From: the human T2T-CHM13v2.0 reference genome, Homo sapiens
Length of the DNA stretch: 64,000 nucleotides
Assembly: GCF_009914755.1 (NCBI RefSeq)
Contig: NC_060936.1
Strand: one strand, 5' to 3'
Shown: positions 43,506 to 57,769 of the stretch, in pieces
Layout: every line of letters starts with the position of its first letter
How positions within the stretch are numbered: the stretch's first letter is position 1
The notes under the pieces: model-generated
What the model was told of the DNA's origin: nothing
Databases searched by the model: none
The model's input: only the letters and a program-made list of their open reading frames with translations
Program-made: the position numbers and the translations under genes

Positions 43506-45239
43506 TGGGATATCAACTCAAATTTAGACACTATTTAGCTTACTTTTCCAAACAATAAAAAATCATTGATAAAATAAGACAAAAGAATAACTATAAATGA
43601 TGCATAAATACAATCAATAACCTTTATGTAGTAAATAAGGTAATCTGGAGGAAAGTACTATGAAACACATATATTCGATATGCACATTTGAGATAAAAGG
43701 TATTTGTTAGAGTATGATGTTTCCTCCCCAAATTCTTTGGCAATACTATCTTTTCTATAATGGGCATTTTCCTCCTCAACACAGTCACTGATTCAAACAA
43801 AACATCTGCAACCATCACTGGCTGGATTCCCACCACTAGGTGCATTTCTAATGTGCTTTTCATTTATCTTTTTATTGTGTATTCTAGGGGGCTGCATATA
43901 GTAAGGGATGGCACATGAAACACGGGGCTAAATGTTCCCTTATGTATTGTGTGTAGCAGGGATAAGGATGCCTATTTAAAGAGCTAGAAAATGATCTTGA
44001 CATATTTAATAATATATAATCTGTAATTTTTAATCCCGGAAATAGACTTGCAGGACAATAAAATGGGCTTTGGGTTTTTATTTTTCTAGACAATAACCTT
44101 TTTTAAAAAATGTGAGATAGTGCTAGGTTTGGTAGAAGCAATGGGAAATGATAATGATTCTCAACTTGAACGTTCTTTTTTATTTCATCCTATAATAACA
44201 TGCTAGGCAATCAATTGGGAAATGCATTTGTACCATCCAGCATTGATCTATTCTCCCAGGCCTTGTAAGCCAGGCTGCCATATCCTGAACACTACCAAAT
44301 CTGATCAGAAATGTAAGTCTAAACTACTTGTGGGAGAGATGGTTCTCGGGTGCTGCTCTTCACCCCATTTACCTTCACGTATTTTTGTTGTCCTTACTTT
44401 GAAAATCCAGATCCCAGCTCATGACACTGAGTGCAGTGCCTGCCTCTGGTCCCCCTTAGGGTTTGACTCCCTTATAGGCACCATTTCTGGTTCTCTTCTT
44501 ATCCAGCATTTTAAAAATTCTGCTTCCATCTTTTACTTTAGTCTCCCAAATGCCTTAATTAACTCCTCCTCTTATTAGCTTCTAGCCACTAGCCCACTCT
44601 TCAGCTTTACCAATTGCTCACCCTAGGGTGGGATCCAAAAGGACACAAAACTGAAAATTATACCTAAAGGGTGGTCATCAATGAACAAGTGGCCTCCGCG
44701 AGAGTTAGCTGTGGGCTCAATGTATAATATACACAGCTGGCTGACAAAAGACAGAGCTTGCAAAACAGGCCTGGGAAAGGTAATGATATTTAGAAATTTG
44801 GGGGACCTACTAAGAATTATAAAGAGTTTTAGTATAAGTAGAAGATAACTCACAATTGTGCTGGATCAAGTTCCAGCATGACGGATATGGACATTCATGT
44901 TTGCTTGCGACAAAAACAGAGATAGTCAAACTACACAAACACCATGGGGATTCCCCAGTTACATGCAGGAAAATACTTATGGTCTATAGTGGAACCATGC
45001 AAACTGCCAATGAATTAGTAAAGTTGCAGTTTTCATTAGAAAAAAGTATGATATTGATATATATAAAGCAGCAACAATATAAATCGTGGTCCTCATTAGC
45101 AATGGCTCTTAATATATTTCCCACCAGGCAGGCTACTCTGCCCACAACCAAAAATATGTGTCAAAAGCATCAAAAATGTTCAGAAGAAAGCCTCCAAGAT
45201 TATATAAATTTTGGAAAAGAAGACCTTTGAGGAAAGGTC

Positions 45240-45477
45240 AAAGATTGGGGATTATTCTGGATGAGAAACGATTTTGAGATTATCTATGAGTATTTTAAGT
45301 TTCTTATTCAGAGAACAGTTGATAAGCATTTTTTATCTACCACTACCAAAGGCTAAAAGTGAAACACAAAGGATTTAGGCTTGAAAGGAGAAATGCTGGG
45401 TGAAGAGGGCTGTCAACCATTGGAAGGGTTATTTAGTCTCCTCCTAAAGCCTGAGTAGAATCTCAGTAACTTGGTGT

Positions 45478-45518
<41 letters not shown>

Positions 45519-45590
45519 AGGTGAGGAGGAGTAGGGGAGTTTCTTGTCTAAAGGCCAGGAATACACTAGCTGTTTCTCTTATTAGGAAGT
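45240..45590 (+). mobile_element. L3/CR1 3' fragment (may extend left to ~44600)
   Basis: GGATTTAGGCTTGAAAGGAG...GAGGGCTGTCAACCATTGGAAGGG resembles the CR1 ORF2 end; highly diverged. Confidence 0.4.
45474..45517. repeat. (GT)n microsatellite with one interruption
   Basis: Directly visible. Confidence 0.97.
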
Positions 45591-45955
45591 CTATGAGATA
45601 TAATTGAAAGAGTTAAAAAATTATTTTAACCATTTAGATTTATACGCTGACTTTGAAGCAGGACAATAAGTAATCTGTAACACTGATATATTACCATCTG
45701 TCATTGTATTTCATGTGGTTCACTGTGTATGAAAAAACTACGTGGATAAATGAAATCAAAAATTTCAGAATTATCAATTCTATCTAACTGTAGCCCCAGT
45801 AGTCTTTTAGAAGAACAAGTGGAAGAAATGGTTTTGAGAGAAGTAAAGACAGTAAAGAATGGTACTTGAAATCATTTAGAACTGAAAGAAATGTTGGTAA
45901 TTCTGGTTAGAATTCTGTTTTGGCACTAAGTAAAAAGGCAACCTTGAAATGACAA

Positions 45956-48541
<2,586 letters not shown>

Positions 48542-49671
48542 GACAACTTTATTGAAATTAATATGGTGGGTTAGGGTAACATATAATCTATCACTCTGAA
48601 CTCCTTAATTTCTTAATCTTTGTTTCCCATCAACTTCAGATTAAATTTAATATTTTAAATAAGATTTTTACATTTGAGAAGGTAAAATGTACCCTACGAT
48701 TTTAACAGGTTGTCTGAGTAATACAATTTAAAGAGTAAGGGGGTATTACATTTACCACCCAGGTACACAAATACTTAATTTCCATGGTATCCTAATCATA
48801 AATTTTCTTTTAAATTATAAATACTTGTAATTCCATGTTCTATCCCAAGATAATTTCAATGCAATGAGTCTAAAACTCATCTTCTTCCACAACAAATGAC
48901 CACCTCCTCCTGTATTGACTGCCTCCTAAGTGTCGTGGAGGTGTACCTTATCTCTAATTCTGCTACTCTATTTGCTTAAGTATACCCATATTTGTCAACT
49001 GTATCAGCTGGTCCCCACCGTATAATGTCTGCCGACTCTACCCCTGCTTTCATAAGGCCACCAGATTGAACATCCTAAAATGTAAACCTGATCATGCCTT
49101 CCCCTGTGTTGTAAGTTTTAACAGGCTCCTCATCTTCTGTGTCAGTGGTCTTCATGTCTGATTGTTTTCCACTTATATGGAGCTCAGGGCATGACAACAT
49201 ACCAACTGAATCAAAGTACACACATACATATATTTTTAAAGATTTGGAGACTACTATTTCATAAAATAAACAAGGCCCTTCATCACTGGATTTTAATCTG
49301 CAACTCCTCTACATACTAGTTTAAGTTCCTTTAACATACTAAAACCTCTCATACTTGGAAGTCTTTGTGTGTGTTTGGAATGACTTTCCTTCCTTTCCCT
49401 AACCCACTGGAAGCACCATTTTTTACTGCTCAAGACTCAGCTGCTTTTCTCAGAATATATAGCTGACACTCTTAAAGTTGAGCACTCCTTCCTCCCTGCT
49501 CCCAGATTATCCATTCCAGACTTTAACAGCATCAATTTGCAATGGAGCTGTTTTGCCCTTGCTTTCCCCACAGATTGTGAGCTACTTGATCTTGGAGCCT
49601 TGATATCTCCTTCCTCTTCCTTCTCCACCCTTTTCTTTCCAGGCTCCTGGATTTGCACAGTGATTGGCATA

Positions 49672-49822
49672 ATTTATTTTATTTTTTAGAGCCAGGGTCT
49701 TGCTGTGTTACCCAGGCTGCAGTGCAGAGCTGTGATCATGGCTCACTGAAGCCTTTACCTCCTGGGCTTAAGCGATCCTCTCACTTCAGCTTTCCGAGTA
49801 GCTGGGATTATAGGTGCACACC
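49672..49822 (-). mobile_element. AluJ right-arm/FRAM fragment
   Basis: CCCAGGCTGCAGTGCAG...CTCCTGGGCTTAAGCGATCCTC...GTAGCTGGGATTATAGG. Confidence 0.85.
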
Positions 49823-50046
49823 AGCTGGTGATTGGTGTATAAAAGGAACTGAATATGTGTTCTTAGATGCATAAGAAAGAAGAAAAGAGGATGAGATGAA
49901 ATACTCTTGAGATGATGCTTTGGAAGTTTGCGAATTATTAAATTATCTTCTCTATAGACAGAGGAAGCTATAGCACTTGGCATCTGGACAGAGCGACATT
50001 TAAGATTGGGTTAGAAGGTTGTTATAAAATAAAAAATTGTATTTGA

Positions 50047-50330
50047 GGCAAGGCGTGGTGGCTCACGCCTGTAATGCCAGCACTTTGGGAGGCTGAGGCA
50101 GGAGGATCACTTGAGGCCAGGAGTTCCAGACCAGCCTGGGCAAAATGGTGAAACCCCATCTCTACCAAAAATACAAAAATTAGCTGGGCATGCTGGCATG
50201 CACCTGTAACCCCATGAGAATTGCTTGAACCCAGGAGGCGGAGGTTGCAGCAAGCCGAGACAGCGCCACTGCACTCTAGCCTGAGTAACAGAGCAAGACT
50301 CTCTCTCAAAAACATAAAAATAAAAATAAA
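50047..50330 (+). mobile_element. Alu (old S/J) with a ~20-bp deletion in the right arm
   Basis: Alu dimer. The AGCTACTCGGGAGGCTGAGGC block is missing near 50213. A-rich tail. Confidence 0.9.
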
Positions 50331-51254
50331 GAAATTTTAGAGGGGCACAAGGTTAAAACCTGATTTTGGATTCACAACCAATAAAACCAAATTAATTGAT
50401 TTCACAAATTTGTTATGCATATTTTAATACACACATATATTAGGGAAAAGAATGAAGTGGCAGACTGTTTATTTCTTCATGTAATATTTTAAAAACTAGA
50501 CCTATTATCTAAAATCACAATACTTTCATTAAAAAGTCTATTTGTATACCAAGACAAGCAGGAAAAGTAAATATCAAATTAAATAACTTTTTTTAGTAAA
50601 TACAATTGAGTAAAATACATGTAAATATTATCTTTGTTTTTCTTTTTTTTCCCTGCAAACAGAGGAAAAACTTCATAGATTAGAAATGATCTTCAGATAG
50701 GATTTGGAAATAGGCAGAAAGACTTTCAAAACTTCTTTTATATCTAAGGCAAGGATCTGACATTATCTCCTCAAGGTGAAATACCCTTGAATGGCCTGAC
50801 ATTTGCACAATGGCTTTCTTTTTGATCTGTCTGTAGTTCTAACTAATTACTTGAAAATACCTTTGCTATTTCTCTGCATCCTTTTTCCTATATTGTTTTA
50901 TGACAATCTAATAAGAACTAAGCCTTCCCCACTAACCATACACAAAATTAGACAAATTGTAACATTCTAATGGAAATACTAACTTTACATTAAAAAGTTA
51001 GGGTAGAGTTTTGGGATTATGCAAGATCAGAGAGAAGATAAAACAGATACCAGAAACTATTCTCAGGTCTCTTTTTTTTCAAGGATTATGGTTTCTCATG
51101 TGATAGGAGAGAGCCAGATTGGAAGGAGAAGTGACGACATCATACTTCGGGCTTTTATAATGGACTCTGCAAAATTTCCCTTCTTTAAATCAGGCTAAGT
51201 AAGAATATCAGAATACAATGTGTCAATAAAATTCGTAAGTTTCGGTAAGCCAAG

Positions 51255-51735
51255 TATATCAGGTAGGGGTTGCTTTTGACTACATGTAACAGAAACCCAA
51301 CCAGAGTAACAAAAGTAAGTCAGTCATGGTGACAAGATGCCCAGAGATAGCCTAGACAGTCCAAGTTCAAGTCTGTTTAAGTCCGCCCTGCTGCAGTGGC
51401 CCCCAAATCATCAGTGGACCTTTTAGTTTGTGATTTCATTCTCTTGGTCATCTGTGCTTTAGATGGTTGGTCCACCTCTAGTTTTCATTTGCATTTTTCA
51501 GGCAAGAGGAAGGAAACAATAGCAAAGAGAGTAATTCCTACATCTGGAAAGATTCATAAATCCTCCATTGATTAATTTTCATCAATTAAAATGGTGTGAA
51601 ATGGCTATTCCTGGATGCAAGAAAAAAAGCTATGAAATAGAAACCCTTTGATTAGGCACAACACTGGTCCATATGCTGTTAGTAAGAATAAAAGAAAGAA
51701 AATATATTGAGTGGACAACTAGCAAGTTCTGCCAC
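51255..51735 (-). mobile_element. Old MLT1 LTR
   Basis: TGTAACAGAAACCCAA near one end; GGACAACTAGCAAGTTCTGCCAC at the other. Confidence 0.55.
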
Positions 51736-52954
51736 TCTAATCAAAAGCATTTATTTATGTCATATTTGTCCTTAAAAGCCCAAAGAATTTTTGAAACCGG
51801 AATACAACTGCACTTTCACTTGAAATATGGCATTCCTCATATCCAGGGAGTCATCGAAGAACATACATTTCTTATTCCCTCTTTTGTAAGTCTGTTTGCT
51901 ACATTAGCTATAATAATTTAGGGTAAAATTCTCAAATCTCAGAGTCATACTTGACCCTTCTTCATTGTTCCTTTCACGTTCAGTCAACTACCATTTTTGG
52001 TAAAATTTCCTCTTCTCCATTGCTATTTCCCATTCTTTTCATTCTGTAATGGCTACTATGCAATGTAGATGCTTAACTCTTTCTTTGGTTTTTACCAAGC
52101 CGTCTTGACTAAACTATCAACATCCTCTCTTGTCTCTCCCCGAGGCCACCCTGTATTCCAGTTGGAGTAAATCTTCTTGAACTTTGGCATTAGTTATGCT
52201 ATATATCTGTTCAACATCTGTGATGACTTTCTCTCTGTCAGATAGATGAGTCACCATGAAACTAATTGCTAGTAAACTTAGATTAGGGGTGGTCTCTATA
52301 CAAACACCCACATTCCCTCCATCCTCTGATGGTTCTTCAAGACTAAAGGTAAATGTCAATTGTGATGCCTTTTCTAATGTGCCCAGACAGAATAAATCAC
52401 TTCCTCCTGGGTGCTCCCCCAGTGCTTTGTAGATATCTCTACTTCCTCAGTTATTACCTGTTACCTTCTGTGTTAACAGTTGTTTGCCTGTCTTCCTCAA
52501 GTGCAGGGACTCTTCATTACATTCCTCACAGAACATGGCTGAGAATCTGACATGCAGAAGGTGCCCAATAAATGTCTGAATGACTCACTACATGAATATA
52601 GTGATTACTGAGTTCATCTTGCTAAATATCAGAAGCAGAGGCTTCCCCAGTATAAATGCTAGACACATACATGGAACTCAAAACAAATTTTTTTTGAGAC
52701 CAAAAGAAGGCAATTAAAAAAATGCTTTACCATCCACTATCTCTGACTACGGCCTGAATCCTCAATTTACTGTCCTCTTTGAATCTCAGTATTTCACTTA
52801 GAAGAAATTGCCTTGTTTGCTTGTTGAGTGCTCATCTGTAATTGTTATTATTTGGCCCATGTCTACCTAATGGAGCATAAACCATGCCTGATGCTCATCC
52901 AATGCAGATTAGCACATAAATGACTCTTAGAGAATTTGAGATTAATAAAAATAA

Positions 52955-53170
52955 TAGTGGTACTAATAACTTGAACACTATGTATCAGACATTATGTTAA
53001 ATGCTTGCCTTAGATTGTTTCATTTAATCTGCAATAAAATGCTGTAAAGTAGGTATTACCTCCATTTTACAGATGAGAAAACTGTTACTAATATAAAGCT
53101 AAGTAATATTTTCAAGATCATTTTCTGCCTGATGGCAAAGCTGATGTTGCTAACCAAGATGTTCACAGTC
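52955..53170 (-). mobile_element. MIR
   Basis: CCATTTTACAGATGAGAAAACTG core. Confidence 0.75.
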
Positions 53171-53617
53171 TCAAACAGTTTCAATGGGAAAAATGTAAGG
53201 GTGAATTGAGACTAAGAAAATTGTGTTTTGAGTTAAACAGTAATCAAGCTAACCTTAAAAATAATAACTAAAATATAGTCTTGTCAAATATCCTTAATTA
53301 AGACTGGGGATAAATTCTTAAGTCATCATCTCAGCTGTTGACTTATTCTTCTGTTTCTTTATTGACATCTCAGTGTCCAACTAGTGTAAAACACTCATAC
53401 TCTTCCTAAGTGTAAGCAGGTGATTTCTTATACTGCTGCTTTATACACATTTGTTTGGTCGCTGCAGTTTTCAGGTTGAGTATTCCTTTCTGGAACAGTT
53501 CACAGCATCTTACTGTGCTGCACTGCGTTTTTCTCATGCCTTTTATTTTTGGATTTCTGGTTTTCTAAGGTATTGTCTTTCAAAACAAACTTTTTAAATT
53601 GACAACTTAAGTAAGAA

Positions 53618-53620
<3 letters not shown>

Positions 53621-53662
<42 letters not shown>
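53621..53662. repeat. (CA)21 microsatellite
   Basis: Directly visible, uninterrupted. Confidence 0.97.
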
Positions 53663-53665
<3 letters not shown>

Positions 53666-55335
53666 CATAACCTACTAGTCAATCTGCCTGCATTGCATCA
53701 GGGTCTATAAAAGCTATGGGTCCACAATTGTACTCAAAAGGGGAAGAGTTAATGTTAATGCATACAAAAGAGTTGTCATACAAAAGAGAAAAAGCCAAAT
53801 ATGATATATGTGGCTTGTTTCTTCTATTGAATGTGTATTTACTTATATAGCATCAATTTGTATTCATCTCTATTTTCTAAGTAGATAAGATTAAATGTAA
53901 ATGTAGAGAATTAAGTCAAACCATGCCAAGAACACAAAGTGCTAATCAATACAATTGGGAATGCATTATAATCAGTTCAGAAGTGGTCCAGTAATTTGTG
54001 TGAGAAAAAGAATTAGCCAAATATCTAACAGGAAATTTGACTACATAGGTTCAAGTCCTTATTTCTGAGGGGACAAAAATATCAAAATAATCCTATAGCT
54101 TATAATGAGATACTAAAATCGCATACATACTATTCTAGTCAATTTGGGAAAAAGCACTGGGTTATGAAAAATTATAACCTATATGAAAGACTTGGAATTA
54201 TGAAAGTTCCATTGATGTGATAGGGAGGATGACTATTAAATTATCGGCTAACTTGATGTGCACTGGCTGAAGTTTGCATCATTTTGGACAGCATAGCTAG
54301 TTCTTGTGCCCCAACCAAGGTTCATATCGTCAATAACACAGATCCTGTAAGTTTAGCAAACACACTATTTTCTAAATTTTTAAAGGAATTACTAATCTTA
54401 GAAAGATATAAAACAAATATAGAAATTTTAAATTAAAGTAATATTTTTCTTACAGCTTTAAGTATATTTAAAAAATGGCCCATTGTGAGAATTTTTGTCT
54501 GTTTTTAAAGTACTTGAAACTTATTACATGGGATTTTAGTAAAATGTTTAGAAGAATTAGACTAAGATTCTAATCAATGTTTAAATGGTTGAATCTGATT
54601 TATTAAATTTACAAGTTTTGCTTTATTAGCTGCTTAAATGGTGTTCAAATGTTGAGATAAATTGTATTTATTAGGGTTGTATGTTTAATAAATTGGGCAT
54701 TAAACAAAGAATAAGTAGCAGCAAACATTATATTTTATGCACCGATGTCTCTCAGGCAAATAACACTTAAAGAGGACTGGTATGCTGCTACACACAGGGT
54801 GGGTGCCCACAGTTCTGACATATATAGTTTTTCTAGGGCCTTTAATTTTTTTCATCTCATCTTCTGGAAGTTTTAAAATATCAAAGACAAATAACATACT
54901 CATTCTGGAAGTAATACCAAAGACAAATAGTATACTTGTTGTATTATCTTGATTCTGAGACTGTAGCCTCACATTATTATGGCATATTTATCCTTATGCT
55001 GAAACTCGCAACTTTTTACTTCAGTGTACCCTCACGTCGATGCTGACCACTCTTGTTTTCATTACTGCTATATGAAGAATCCTCTATTCTTGGTACCCTA
55101 GATTTACAGGCTCAAATAAATGCCTTCATGTTATGGTTGAAAGAAAGAGCTCCCAAACAGATTGCATCTAGAAAAATATAATCACTCTCATTCCCAATTT
55201 TTATCTTTAAAGATAATATTAACTCTGATATGTTTGGAATTTTTGCTCAAGCATAAATAACTCCTAGTTCTTGGCTATTCCCAGGAGCTAGAAAAAATAA
55301 TAGTGACAATAATAATGACAACAATATAAAAGATG

Positions 55336-55545
55336 ATATGGTAGAGTGAAAAGCACTAGACCCAGAAAACTTGTGTTTAAATAGGCACACTACTTTCTGA
55401 CTCTATGACCTTGGGCGAATTAAGTAACCTGGCTGTGCTTTCATTTTAATAGTACCTGTGTCACAGGGGTGTTGTGGGAATTACATGCGTGTGCAGAACT
55501 ACCTGATACATGGCAATTGTTTGGTAAATATTCGCTATTATTACT
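55336..55545 (+). mobile_element. MIR
   Basis: GGTAGAGTGAAAAGCACTAGAC...TGACCTTGGGC...GGTGTTGTGGGAATTA. Confidence 0.65.
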
Positions 55546-57769
55546 AAAAGTTATTGAAGATGGGTCATATGAAAATGTTACCTGTTTCAAATGAACTGTT
55601 TTGCTTTAGGTGATTTAAACTCTTCTCCAGGAGCAGGGTGAAAAAAGATTTTGATTATGTATTATCTGAATGTCTCTTGTTCCCATTTTAATTTGTACTA
55701 TGGCCACTAAATTTGGTATAGTTAATGCCAACCACTTTGCCCGTAAAGCCAAAATATTCTGTAATCACCCCGGTGATACCAATTTCGAGTATTCAGCTTC
55801 TGAGTCCAGAATACCAATTGTGTAAAAAGTGCAGAGAATTCCAATTCACTTTTGAATGTAATGATCTGAACCAAACACAAAACCTAGTTGATCCAAGATG
55901 ATTTGGTCTTTATAATTTTGTGCATTACGTGATCTGCACGCCCAAAACAGGAGTATCTTTGAATTTAACATATTTTCCTTTTCAGAAAACAGAATTCTTT
56001 TAATTAAAAACATTTTTAAAAAGTTCAGTGTGTGTAATTGTTAACACCTGCTATGTGTTACCAACAGATGTTTCTTACTTACCTAAGGGAACTGTTGTAA
56101 TTATTCTATAAGCTTATTGGAATGGCATTTACCAAGATAGTTGGGAAAGTTTAGTTGGTGACTTTTTATGTCAGGTTTGGTATTTTTTTAAATCCCTTCC
56201 CCTACTGCTGTCATTATCCACAAACCCACCCCAACCAAGCCTGCCAAAAGCAAAAAAAATGTCATTTTGTGGTACCAAAATGCAAAACTGGCAATGATCA
56301 TGCATATTTTAGTCTTCAGGAAAAGTTACTGAAATTAAATCGTGTGTATACTAAAGCGTTGTAAAATTGACTCAAGTGTTTTAGCAGCTATTCTTTGTAC
56401 TGTTCAACACGAAAGTCTTACATCTTGATTATAAAAGTAAAAATATACCTTTCTGAATAATACTTTTCTAATAGCATGGCCTCAAAGGAAGCTCTAGTAA
56501 AAATGAATTTTCTTCATTTTTCTGGCCATTCATAAGGTTTTATAAACCCTAGGCATTCTGAAATCTTCGTTTATGATACTAATCACACAATTACCTACAG
56601 GCATGTGTTAAACTTGACACTGGTTTCAGCCAAATAATGGACCAGTTGCAAACAACGAATAAAGAGAGGCAGCTTCATTTATAACCGCTATTTCAACAGA
56701 GCTCTATTGTAATCATAGCAATCTGAGGGTGACTCATTAATTAATTGATGTTCTTTTTTATCATGTGCTATTGAGTTAATGAGTAATTTGTGTGCGATAA
56801 TTCTCTGAACACATTGATTACTTGAGATATTTTCTGGGGCTTTCATATCAATAACATGCTGGAGAGGTAGAAGATGCTATTCGCTTTTGTGTGCTCATTA
56901 TTAGCAGGTTGGAGATGAGCACAAACCAGTGCAAAGACATGTTAAAGTTATTTGATCTAGGCCAACCCTAAGTCTGCCCAACAGGAGGCTGAATGCTCAG
57001 GGAGAGGCCTGTCACATAGTAGGTGCGCAATAAATGTCAATTAAACTAATGACTATTAAATCTCTGCTTTCTATTACCTTAAATTACATTAAAACCACAT
57101 TTAAAAAATATAACAATGTTTTTAAGAAAAAGTAATGATCAAAAAGGCTTTTGCTAAAATTGTATTTTGTGCTAATGGCCTATTACAATAAACATGCAGA
57201 TTGTTTTTGCAACTTACTGAAGTGAACACTAAACATGTTTGGCCTACATAATTTCTACGAAACTGTTTAAGTGATGATTCAGAGAGTGGTTTGCCTAAAG
57301 TGATAGTTAAAAGGAAAACACTTTTGCATGGCATGTTTTACTACAGATATAATTTTCAGTGCCCTGTTTCAGTTAAGGTGCAACATCTCTTCTGTAAAAA
57401 TGTAGAATTGAGTTTCCTGTTTTAATTCATTATACAGAATAGAAAATTTGAAATTTAATCTGACAACAGCAACAGAGTTGCTTTCAGAAAGATCACCTAA
57501 AATTTGTATAAATGTGCAAAATTACACCCAGCAATTGCTACCTTCATTTTTGAGAGTTTTATTTTCCCCATAAAAATAAATAGCGGTAAACGACCTAGCG
57601 CAGAGATCCTAAACATTACATTCAGAGAAACATTTGGGGTGCTTTGTCTATGCTTGTTATGACTTAGCTTTAGAAAGTAAATGTCCTTACACACCTTTTT
57701 TTTCTTTTCATGGACTTAACATATGCTTTCTAGAGATCATCTTAAATTTTGCCAATTAAGTGCAATCAA

